Shown here: positions 11,400-23,849 of the stretch, piece by piece
How the letters are laid out: every line of letters begins with the position of its first letter
Numbering within the stretch: position 1 is the stretch's first letter
DNA from: Camelus dromedarius
Taxonomy: Eukaryota
NCBI RefSeq assembly: GCF_036321535.1
Contig: NC_087436.1
Location: forward strand, 3,534,001 to 3,598,000
Direction: 5' to 3'
Length of the DNA: 64,000 nucleotides
Translations under genes and position numbers: made by a program
Notes under the pieces: model-generated
Databases searched by the model: none
What the model was told of the DNA's origin: nothing
What the model saw: the letters and a program-made list of their open reading frames with translations, nothing else

Positions 11400-13650
11400 C
11401 TCACTTGTCTCTCAGAAATGAGCATGTGGAGAGACGTTCATTCATCTTGCACAAAGGGAATGGGTTGCATGAGAAACTTTCACTCTGGTTTCTCAGTCTG
11501 TTTCCTAGGGCCGGTTTGATGTTCCTGCATTTTTCACTGTAAAATCGAGATGGAGCTAGTATCTCCCTATATATATATATGGAGTGGAATTTGCAACTGA
11601 AAAGAAACTTTGTGTTCCCAACAAGCTAGGTGAAGGACGGCTTTCACACACATTTATCTCTCAGAACTGAGCATGTGGAGAGACGTTCGTTCATCTAGCA
11701 AAAAGGGAACGAGTTGCAGGAGAAACTTTTACTCTGGTTTCTCAGTCTGTTTCCTAGTGCCGATTTGAAGTTCCTGCAGTTTTCACAGTAAAACCGAGTT
11801 GAAGCTTGTACCTCCCCATATATATGTATGGAGTGGAGTTTGCAACTTAAAGAAACTTTGTGTTCCCAACAAGCTAGGTGAAAAACGGCTTTCACACACA
11901 TTTATCTCTCAGAACTGAGCATGTGGAGAGAAGTTCGTTCATCTAGCACAATGGGAACGGGTTGCAGGAGAAACCTTTACTCTGATTTCTCAGTCTGTTT
12001 CCTACTGCCGGTTTGAAGTTCCTGTACTTTTCACTGTAAAACCGAGTTTGAGCTTTTACCTCCCCATATATATGTATGGAGTGGAGTTTGCAACTGAAAA
12101 GAAACTTTGTGTTCCCAACAATCTAGGTGAAGGACGGCTTTCACACACATTTATCTCTCAGAACTGAGCATGTGGAGAGACGTTCGTTCATCTAGCACAA
12201 AGGGAACGGGTTGCTTTAGAAACATTTACTCTGGTTTCTCAGTCTGTTTCCTAGTGCCGGTTTGAAGTTCCTGCCGTTTTAACAGTAATACCGTGTTGGA
12301 GCTACTACCTCCCCGTATATATGTATGGATTGGAGTTTGCAACTGAAAAGAAAATTTGTGTTCCCAACAATCTAGGTGAAGGACGGCTTTCACACACATT
12401 TATCTCTCAGAACTGAGCATGTGGAGAAATTTTCGTTCATCTAGCACAAAGGGAATGGGTTGCAGGAGAAACTTTTTCTCTGGTTTCTCAGACTGTTTCC
12501 TAGTGCCGGGTTGAAGTTCCTGCAGTTTTCACTGTAAAACCAAGTTTGAGCTAGTACCTCCCCATATATATGTATGGGATGGAGTTTGAAACTGAAAAGA
12601 AACTTTGAGTTCCCAACAATCTAGGTGAAGGACGGCTTTCACACACACTTATCTTTCAGAACTGAGCATGTGGAGAGACTTTCGTTCATCTAGCACAAAG
12701 GGAACGGGTTGCAGGAGAAACTTTTACTCTGGATTCTCAGTCTGTTTCCTAGGGCCGGTTTGAAGTTCCTGCAGTTTTCACTGTAAAATCGAGATGGAGC
12801 TAGTACCTCCCCATATATATGTATGGAGTGGAGTTTGCAACTGAAAAGAAACTTTGTGTTCCCAACAAGCTAGGTGAAGGACGGCTTTCACACACACTTG
12901 TCTCTCAGAAATGAGCATGTGGAGAGACGTTCATTCATCTTGCACAAAGGGAATGGGTTGCAGGAGAAACTTTCACTCTGGATTCTCAGTCTGTTTCCTA
13001 GGGCCGGTTTGATGTTCCTGCATTTTTCACTGTAAAATCGAGTTGGAGCTAGTATCTCCCTATATATATATATGGAGTGGAATTTGCAACTGAAAAGAAA
13101 CTTTCTGTTCCCAACAAGCTAGGTGAAGGACGGCTTTCACACACATTTATCTCTCAGAACTGAGCATGTGGAGAGACGTTCGTTCATCTAGCAAAAAGGG
13201 AACGAGTTGCAGGAGAAACTTTTACTCTGGTTTCTCAGTCTGTTTCCTAGTGCCGATTTGAAGTTCCTGCAGTTTTCACAGTAAAACCGAGTTGAAGCTT
13301 GTACCTCCCCATATATATGTATGGAGTGGAGTTTGCAACTTAAAGAAACTTTGTGTTCCCAACAAGCTAGGTGAAAAACGGCTTTCACACACATTTATCT
13401 CTCAGAACTGAGCATGTGGAGAGACGTTCGTTCATCTAGCACAATGGGAACGGGTTGCAGGAGAAACTTTTCTCTGATTTCTCAGTCTGTTTCCTACTGC
13501 CGGTTTGAAGTTCCTGTACTTTTCACTGTAAAACCGAGTTTGAGCTTTTACCTCCCCATATATATGTATGGAGTGGAGTTTGCAACTGAAAAGAAACTTT
13601 GTGTTCCCAACAATCTAGGTGAAGGACGGCTTTCACACACATTTATCTCT
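11400..13650. repeat. Block duplication, offset 1493 bp (6 monomers): ~11400-12160 and ~12895-13650
   Basis: Identical ORFs at 11695/13188; shared tcatcttgcacaaag, aacttaaagaaac, gtgaaaaacgg and cctgtactttt variants. Confidence 0.88.
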
Positions 13651-14744
13651 CAGAAATGAGCATGTGGAGAGACGTTCTTTCATCTAGCACAAAGGGAACG
13701 GGTTGCAGGAGAAACTTTTACTCTGGATTCTCAGTCTGTTTCCTAGGGCCGGTTTGAAGTTCCTGAAGATTTCACTGTAAAATCGAGATGGAGCTAGTAC
13801 CTCCCCATATATATGTATGGAGTGGAGTTTGCAACTGAAAAGAAACTTTGTGTTCCCAACAAGCTAGGTGAAGGACGGCTTTCACACACACTTATCTCTC
13901 AGAACTGAGCATGAGCAGAGACGTTCGTACATCTAGCAGAAATGGAACGGTTTGCAGGAGAAACTTTTACTTTGTTTTCTCAGTCTGTTTCCTAGTGCCG
14001 GTTTGATGTTCCTGCAGTTTTCACTGTAAAACCGTGTTGGAGCTAGTACCTCCCCATATATTTGTATGGATTGGAGTTTGCAACTGAAAAGATACTTTGT
14101 GTTCCCAGCAAGCTAGGTGAAGGATGGCTTTCACACACACTTATCTCTCAGAACTGAGCATGTGGAGAGACGTTCGTTCATCTAGCACAAAGGGAACGGG
14201 TTGCAGGAGAAATTTTACTCTGGTTTCTCAGTCTGTTTCCTAGTGCCGGTTTAAAGTTCCTGCAGTTTTCACTGTAAAACCGTGTTGGAACTCGTACCTC
14301 CACATATATATGTATGAAGTGGAGTTTGCAACTGAAAAGAAACTTTGTGTTCCCAACAATGTATGTGAAGGACGGCTTTCACTCCCACTTATCTCTCAGA
14401 ACTGAGCATGTGGAGAGGCGTTCGTTCATCTAGCAAAAATGGAACGGGATGCAGGAGAAACTTTTACTCTGGTTTCTCAGTCTGTTTCCTAGGGCCAGTT
14501 TGAAGTTCCTGCAGTTTTCACTGTAAAACCGATTTGGAGCTAGTACCTCCCCATATATATGTATGGAGTGGAGTTTGCAACTGGAAAGAAACTTTGTGTT
14601 CCCAACAAGCTAGATGAATGACGGCTTTCACACTCACTTATCTCCCAGAACTGAGCATGTGGAGAAACGTTCGTTCATCTAGCAAAAATGGAACGGGTTG
14701 CAGGAGAAACTTTTACTCTGGTTTCTCAGTCTGTTTCCTAGTGC

Positions 14745-17700
14745 CGTTTTGAAGTTCCTGCAGTTTTCACTGTAAAACCGAGTTGGAGCTAGTACCTCCC
14801 CATATATATGTATGGAGTGGAGTTTGCAACTGAAAAGAAACTTTGTGTTCCCAACAATCTAGGTGAAGGACGGCTTTCACTCCCACTTATCTTTCAGGAC
14901 CTAGCATGTGGAGAGACGTTCGTTCATCTAGCAAAAATGGAACGGGATGCAGGAGAAACTTTTACTCTGGTTTCTCAGTCTGTTTCCTAGGGCCAGTTTG
15001 AAGTTCCTGCAGTTTTCACTGTAAAACCGAGTTGGAGCTAGTACCTCCCCATATATATGTATGGAGTGGAGTTTGCAACTGGAAAGAATCTTTGTGTTCC
15101 CAACAAGCTAGATGAATGACGGCTTTCACACATACTTATCTCTCAGAACTGAGCATGTGGAGAATCGTTCGTTCATCTAGCAAAAATGGAACGGGTTGCA
15201 GGAGAAACTTTTACTCTGGTTTCTCAGTCTGATTCCTTGTTCCGGTTTGAAGTTCCTGCAATTTTCACTGTAACACTGAGTTGGAGCTAGTACTTCCCCA
15301 TATATAATTATGGAGTGGAGTTTGCAACTGAAAAGAAAGTTTGTGTTCCCAACAAGCTAGATGAAGGACGGCTTACCCACACACTTTTCCCTAAGAAATG
15401 AGCATGTGTAGAGACGTTCATTCATCCAGCACAAACGGAACGGGTTGCAGGAGAAACTTTTACTCTGGATTCTCAGTCTGTTTCCTAGGGCCGGTTTGAA
15501 GTTCCTGCAGTTTTCACTGTAAAATCGAGTTGGAGCTAGAAACTCCCCATATATATGTATGGAGTGGAGTTTGAAACTGAAAACAAACTTTGTGTTCCCA
15601 ACAAGCTAGGTGAAGGACGGCTTTCACACACATTTATCTCTCTGAACTGAGCATGTGGAGAGACGTTCGTTCATCTAGCAAAAAGGGAATGGGTTGCAGG
15701 AGAAACTTTTACTCTGGTTTCTCTGTCTGTTTCCTAGTGCCGTTTTGAATTTCCTGCAGTGTTCACTGTGAAACCGAGTTGGAGTTAGTACCTCCCCATA
15801 TATATGTATGGAGTGGAGTTTGCAACTGAAAAGAAACTATGTGTTCCCAACAATCTAGGTGAAGGTCGGCTTTCACACACACTTATCTCTCAGAACTGAG
15901 CATGTGGAGAGACGTTCGTTCATCTAGCAAAAATGGAACGGGTTGCAGGAGAAACTTTTACTCTGGTTTCTCAGTCTGTTTCCTAGAGCCAGTTTGAAGT
16001 TCCTGCAGTTTTCACTGTAAAAACGAGTTGGAGCTAGTACCTCCCCATATATATGTATGGAGTGGAGTTTGCAACTGAAAAGAAACTTTGTGTTCAAACA
16101 AGCTAGGTGAAGTACGGCTTTCACACACATTTATCTCTCAGAAAAGAGCACGTGGAGAGACGTTCATTCATCTAGCACAAACGGAACGGGTTGCAGGAGA
16201 AACTTTTACTCTGGTTTCTCAGTTTGTTTCCTAGTGCCGATTTGAAGTTCCTGCACTTTTCAATGTAAAACCGATTTGGAGCTTGTACCTCCCGTATATA
16301 TGTATGGAGTGGGGTTTGCAACTGAAAAGAATCTTTCTGTTAACAACAAGCCAGGGGAAAGACGGCTTTCACACACACTTATCTTTCAGAAATGAGCATG
16401 TGGAGATAAGTTCGTTCATCTAGCACAATCGGAACGGGTTGCAGGAGAAACCTTTACTCTAGTTTCTCAGTCTGTTTCCTAGGGCCGGTTTGATGTTCCT
16501 GCAGTTTTCACTGTAAAATCGAGTTGGAGCTAGTACCTCCCCATATATATGTATGGATTGGTGTTTGCAACTGAAAAGAAAATTTCTGTTCCCAACAAGC
16601 TAGGTGATGTACGGCTTTCACACAATTATATCTCAGAAATGAGCATGTGGAGAGACTTTCGTTCATCTAGCAAAATGGGAACGGTTTGCAAGAGAAACTT
16701 TTACTCTGGCTTCTCAGTCTGTTTCCTAGTGCCGGTTTGAAGTTCCTGCAGTTTTCACTGTAAAATCGAGTTGGAGCTTGTACCTCCCCATATAAATGTA
16801 TGGAGTGGTGTTTCCAAATGAAAAGAAACTTTGTGTTTTCAACAAGCTAGATGAAGGACAGCTTTCACACACACTTAAGTCTCCGAACTGAGCATGTGGA
16901 GAGACGTTCGTTCATCTAGCAAAAAGGAAACGGTTTGCAGGAGAAACTTTTACTCTGGTTTCTCAGTCTGTTTCCTAGTGCCGGTTTGAAGTTCCTGCAG
17001 TTTTCACTGTAATACCGAGTTGGAGCTAGTACCTCCCCATATATATTTATGGCGTGGAGTTTGCAACTGAAAAGAAAGTTTGTGTTCCCGACAAGCTAGG
17101 TGAAGGACGGCTTTCACACACACTTATCTCTCAGAACTGAGCATGTGGAGAGACGTTCGTTCATCTAGCAAAAAGGGAACGGATTGCAGGAGAAACTTTT
17201 ACTCTGTTTTCTCAGTCTGTTTCCTAGTGCCGGTTTGAAGTTCCTGCAGTTTTCACTGTAAAACAGAGTTGGAGCTTGTACCTCCCCATATATATGTTTG
17301 GAGTGGAGTTTGCAACTGAAAAGAAACTTTGTGTTCCCAACAAGCTAGGTGAAGGACGGCTTTCACACACACTTATCTCTCAGAACAGAGCATGTGGAGG
17401 GACGTTCGTTCATCTAGCAAAAATGGAACGGGTTGCAGGAGAAACTTTTACTCTGGTTTCTCAGTCTGTTTCCTAGTGCCGTTTTGAAGTTCCTGCAGTT
17501 TTCACTGTAAAACCGAGTTGGAGCTTGTACCTCCCCATATATATGTATGGAGTGGAGTTTGCAACTGAAAAGAAACTTTGTGTTCCCAACAAGCTAGGTG
17601 AAGGACGGCTTTCACACACACTTATCTCTCAGAACTCAGCATGTGCAGAGACTTTCGTACATCTAGCAGAAAGGGGACGGTTTGCAGGAGAAACTTTTAC

Positions 17701-20400
17701 TTTGGTTTCTCAGTCTGTTTCCTAGTGCCGGTTTGATGTTCCTGCAGTTTTCACTGTAAAACCAAGTTGGAGCAAGTACCTCCCCATATATATGTATGGA
17801 TTGGGGTTTGAAAATGAAAAGAAACTTTGTGTTCCCAACAAGCTAGGTGAAGGACGGCTTTCACACACACTTATCTCTCAGAACTGAGCATGTGGATAGA
17901 CGTTCGTTCATTTAGCACAAAGGGAATGGGTTGCAGGAGAAACTTTTACTCTGGATTCTCAGTCTGTTTCCTAGTGCCGGGTTTAAGTTCCTGCAGTTTT
18001 CGCTGTAAAACAGAGTTGGAGCTAGTAACTCCCCATATATATGTATGGATTTGAGTTTGCAACTGAAAAGAAACTTTGTGTTCATAGCAAGATAGTTAAA
18101 GGACGGCTTTCACACACACTTATCTCTCAGAACTGAGCATGTGGAGAGACGTTCGTTCATCTAGCACAATGGGAACGGGTTGCAGGAGAAACTTTTACTC
18201 TGGTTTCTCAGTCTGTTTCCTAGTGCCGGTTTAAAGTTCCTGCAGTTTTCACTGTAAAACCGAGTTGGAGCTAGTACCTCCCCATATATATGTATGGAGT
18301 GGAGTTTGCAACTGAAAAGAAACTTTGTGTTCCCAACAATCTAGGTGAAGGACGGCTTTCACTCCCACTTATCTTTCAGGACCTAGCATGTGGAGAGACG
18401 TTCGTTCATCTAGCAAAAATGGAACGGGTTGCAGGAGAAACTTTTACTCTGGTTTCTCAGTCTGTTTCCTAGGGCCAGTTTGAAGTTCCTGCAGTTTTCA
18501 CTGTAAAACCGTGTTGGAGCTAGTACCTCCCCATATATATGTATGGAGTGGAGTTTGCAACTGGAAAGAAACTTTGTGTTCCCAACAAGCTAGATGAATG
18601 ACGGCTTTCACCCATACTTATCTCTCAGAACTGAGCATGTGGAGAGACGTTCGTTCATCTAGCAAAAAGGGAATGGGTTGCAGGAGAAACTTTTACTCTG
18701 GTTTCTTTGTCTGTTTCCTAGTGCCGTTTTGAATTTCCTGCAGTGTTCACTGTGAAACCGAGTTGGAGTTAGTACCTCCCCATATATATGTATGGAGTGG
18801 AGTTTGCAACTGAAAAGAAACTATGTGTTCCCAACAATCTAGGTGAAGGTCGGCTTTCACACACACTTATCTCTCAGAACTGAGCATGTGGAGAGACGTT
18901 CGTTCATCTAGCAAAAATGGAACGGGTTGCAGGAGAAACTTTTACTCTGGTTTCTCAGTCTGTTTCCTAGAGCCAGTTTGAAGTTCCTGCAGTTTTCACT
19001 GTAAAAACGAGTTGGAGCTAGTACCTCCCCATATATATGTATGGAGTGGAGTTTGCAACTGAAAAGAAACTTTGTGTTCAAACAAGCTAGGTGAAGTACG
19101 GCTTTCACACACATTTATCTCTCAGAAAAGAGCACGTGGAGAGACGTTCATTCATCTAGCACAAACGGAACGGGTTGCAGGAGAAACTTTTACTCTGGTT
19201 TCTCAGTTTGTTTCCTAGTGCCGATTTGAAGTTCCTGCACTTTTCACTGTAAAACCGATTTGGAGCTTGTACCTCCCGTATATATGTATGGAGTGGGGTT
19301 TGCAACTGAAAAGAATCTTTCTGTTAACAACAAGCCAGGGGAAAGACGGCTTTCACACACACTTATCTTTCAGAAATGAGCATGTGGAGATACGTTCGTT
19401 CATCTAGCACAATCGGAACGGGTTGAAGGAGAAACTTTTACTCTAGTTTCTCAGTCTGTTTCCTAGGGCCGGTTTGATGTTCCTGCAGTTTTCACTGTAA
19501 AATCGAGTTGGAGCTAGTACCTCCCCATATATATGTATGGATTGGTGTTTGCAACTGAAAAGAAAATTTCTGTTCCCAACAAGCTAGGTGATGTACGGCT
19601 TTCACACAATTATATCTCAGAAATGAGCATGTGGAGAGACTTTCGTTCATCTAGCAAAATGGGAACGGGTTGCAGGGGAAACTTTTACTCTGGTTTCTCA
19701 GTCTGTTTCCTAGTGCCGGTTTGAAGTTCCTGCAGTTTTCACTGTAAAATCGAGTTGGAGCTTGTACCTCCCCATATAAATGTATGGAGTGGTGTTTGCA
19801 AATGAAAAGAAACTTTGTGTTTTCAACAAGCTAGATGAAGGACAGCTTTCACACACACTTAAGTCTCCGAACTGAGCATGTGGAGAGACGTTCGTTCATC
19901 TAGCAAAAAGGAAACGGTTTGCAGGAGAAACTTTTACTCTGGTTTCTCAGTCTGTTTCCTAGTGCCGGTTTGAAGTTCCTGCAGTTTTCACTGTAATACC
20001 GAGTTGGAGCTAGTACCTCCCCATATATATTTATGGCGTGGAGTTTGCAACTGAAAAGAAAGTTTGTGTTCCCGACAAGCTAGGTGAAGGACGGCTTTCA
20101 CACACACTTATCTCTCAGAACTGAGCATGTGGAGAGACGTTCGTTCATCTAGCAAAAAGGGAACGGATTGCAGGAGAAACTTTTACTCTGTTTTCTCAGT
20201 CTGTTTCCTAGTGCCGGTTTGAAGTTCCTGCAGTTTTCACTGTAAAACAGAGTTGGAGCTTGTACCTCCCCATATATATGTTTGGAGTGGAGTTTGCAAC
20301 TGAAAAGAAACTTTGTGTTCCCAACAAGCTAGGTGAAGGACGGCTTTCACACACACTTATCTCTCAGAACAGAGCATGTGGAGGGACGTTCGTTCATCTA
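14745..20400. repeat. Block duplication with offsets 3482 bp (14 monomers) then 2984 bp (12 monomers)
   Basis: ORF pair 14808/18290 is +3482, while 15924/18908, 16549/19533 and 17276/20260 are +2984; the second copy lacks two monomers (~15150-15640 of the first). Confidence 0.88.
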
Positions 20401-23400
20401 GCCAAAAGGGAACGGGTTGCTGGAGAAACATTTACTCTGGTTTCTCAGTCTGTTTCCTAGTGCCGGTTTGAATTTCCTGCAGATTTCACAGTAATACTGA
20501 GTTGGAGCTTGTACCTCCCCATATATATTTATGGATTGGAGTTTGCAAGTGAAAAAAACTTTGTGTTCCCAACAAGCTAGGTGAAGGACGGCTTTCACAC
20601 AAACTTATCTCTCAGAACTGAGCATGTGGAGAGACGTTCGTTCATCTAGCAAAAAGGGAACGGGTTTCAGGAGAAACTTTTACTCTGGATTCTCAGTCTG
20701 TTTCCTAGTGCCGGTTTAAATTTCCTGCAGTTTTCACTGTAAAATCGAGTTGGAGCTAGTACCTCCCCATATATATGTATGGAGTGGAGTTTGCAAATGA
20801 AAAGAAACTTTGTGTTTCCAACAAGCTAGGTGAAGGACGGCTTTCACACACACTTATCTCTCAGAACTGAGCATGTGGAGAGACGTTCGTTCATCAAGCC
20901 ATAAGGGAACGTTTTGCAGGAGAAACTTTTCTATGGTTTCTCAGTCTGTTTCCTAGTGCCGGTTAGAAATTCCTGCAGTTTTCAATGTAAAACCGAGTTG
21001 GAGCTAGTACTTCTCCATATATATGTATGGAGTGGAGTTTGCAACTGAAAAGAAACTTTGTGTTCCCAACAAGCTAGGTGAAGTGCGGCTTTCACACACA
21101 CTTGTCTCTCAGAAATGAGCATGTGGAGAGACGTTCATTCATCTTGCACAAAGGGAATGGGTTGCAGGAGAAACTTTCTCACTGGATTCTCAGTCTGTTT
21201 CCTAGGGCCGGTTTGATGTTCCTGCATTTTTCACTGTAAAATCGAGTTGGAGCTAGTATCTCCCCATATATATATATGGAGTGGAATTTGCAACTGAAAA
21301 GAAACTTTGTGTTCCCAACAAGCTAGGTGAAGGACGGCTTTCACACACATTTATCTCTCAGAACTGAGCATGTGGAGAGACGTTCGTTCATCTAGCAAAA
21401 ATGGAACGAGTTGCAGGAGAAACTTTTACTCTGGTTTCTCAGTCTGTTTCCTAGTGCCGGTTTAAATTTCCTGCAGTTTTCACTGTAAAATCGAGTTGGA
21501 GCTAGAACCTCCCCATATATATGTATGGAGTGTGGTTTGCAAATGAAAAGAAACTTTGTGTTCCCAACAAGCTAGGTGAAGGACGGCTTTTACACACACT
21601 TAACTCTCAGAACTGAGCATGTGCAGAGACGTTCTTACATCTAGCAGAAAGGGAACGGTTTGCAGGAGAAACTTTTACTTTGTTTTCGCAGTCTGTTTCC
21701 TAGTGCCGGTTTGAAGTTCCTGCAGTTTTCACTGTAAAACAGTGTTGGAGCTAGTACCTCCCTATATATATGTATGGAGTTGAGTTTGCAACTGAAAAGA
21801 AACTTTGTGTTCCCAAAAAGCTAGGTGAAGGACGGCTTTCAAACACACTTATCTCTCAGAACTGAGCATGTGGAGAGACGTTCGTTCATCTAGCAATAAA
21901 GAAACGGTTTGCAGGGGAATCTTTTCTATGGTTTCTCAGTCTGTTTCCTAGTGCCGGTTAGAAATTCCTGCAGTTTTCAATGTAAACCCGAGTTGGAGCT
22001 TGTACATCCCCATATATATGTATGGATTGGAGTTTGCAACTGAAAAGAAACTTGTGTTCCCAACAAGCAAGGTGAAGGACGGCTTTCACACAAACTTATC
22101 TTTCAGAACTGAGCATGTGGAGAGACGTTCGTTCATCTAGCAAAAAGGAACGGGTTTCAGGAGAAATTTTTACTCTGGTTTCTCAGTCTGTTTCTTGTGC
22201 CGGTTTAAAGTTCCTGCAGATTTCACTGTAAAACCGTGTTGGAGAGAGTACCTCCCCAAATATATGTATGGAGTTGAGTTTTCAACTGAAAAGAAACTTT
22301 GTGTTCACAACAAGCTAGGTGAAGGACGGCTTTCACACACACTTATCTCTCAGATCTGAGCATGTGGAGAGACGTTCGTTCATCTAGCACAAAGGGAACG
22401 GGTTGCAGGAGAAAATTTTACTCTGGATTCTCAGTCTGTTTCCTAGTGCCGGTTTGAAGTTCCTGCAGTTTTCACTGTAAAACCCAGTTGGAGCTAGTAC
22501 TTCTCCATATTTATGTATGGAGTGGAGTTTGCAACTGAAAAGAAACTTTGTGTTCCCAACAAGCTGGGTGAAGTGCGGCTTTCACACACACTTGTCTCTC
22601 AGAAATGAGCATGTGGAGAGACGTTCATTCATCTTGCACAAAGTGAATGGGTTGCAGGAGAAAATTTCACTCTGGATTCTCAGTCTGTTTCCTAGGGCCG
22701 GTTTGATGTTCCTGCATTTTTCAGTGTAAAATCGAGTTGGAGCTAGTATCTCCCCATATATATATATGGAGTGGAATTTGCAACTGAAAAGAAACTTTGT
22801 GTTCCCAACAAGCTAGGTGAAGGACGGCTTTCACACACATTTATATCTCAGAACTGAGCATGTGGAGAGACGTTTGTTCATCTAGCAAAAAGGGAACGAG
22901 TTGCAGGAGAAACTTTTACTCTGGTTTCTCAGTCTGTTTCCTAGTGCCGATTTGAAGTTCCTGCAGTTTTCACAGTAAAACCGAGTTGAAGCTTGTACCT
23001 CCCCATATATATGTATGGAGTGGAGTTTGCAACTTAAAGAAACTTTGTGTTCCCAACAAGCTAGGTGAAAAACGGCTTTCACACACATTTATCTCTCAGA
23101 ACTGAGCATGTGGAGAGAAGTTCGTTCATCTAGCACAATGGGAACGGGTTGCAGGAGAAACTTTTACTCTGGTTTCTCAGTCTGTTTCCTACTGCCTGTT
23201 TGAAGTTCCTGTACCTTTCACTGTAAAACCGAGTTTGAGCTTTTACCTCCCCATATATATGTATGGAGTGGAGTTTGCAACTGAAAAGAAACTTTGTGTT
23301 CCCAACAATCTAGGTGAAGGACGGCTTTCACACACATTTATCTCTCAGAACTGAGCATGTGGAGAGACGTTCGTTCATCTAGCACAAAGGGAACGGGTTG

Positions 23401-23849
23401 CTTTAGAAACATTTACTCTGGTTTCTCAGTCTATTTCCTAGTGCCGGTTTGAAGTTCCTGCTGTTTTAACAGTAATACCGAGTTGGAGCTACTACCTCCC
23501 CATATATATGTATGGATTGGAGTTTGCAACTAAAAAGAAAATTTGTGTTCCCAACAAGCTAGGTGAAGGACGGCTTTCACACACACTTATCTCTCAGAAC
23601 TGAGCATGTGGAGAAACTTTCGTTCATCTAGCACAAAGGGAATGGGTTGCAGGAGAAACTATTTCTCTGGTTTCTCAGCCTGTTTGCTAGTGCCGGGTTG
23701 AAGTTCCTGCAGTTTTCACTGTAAAATCGAGATGGAGCTAGTACCTCCCCATATATATGTATGGAGTGGAGTTTGCAACTGAAAAGATACTTTGTGTTCC
23801 CAACAAGCTAGGTGAAGGATGGCTTTCACACACACTTATCTCTCAGAAC

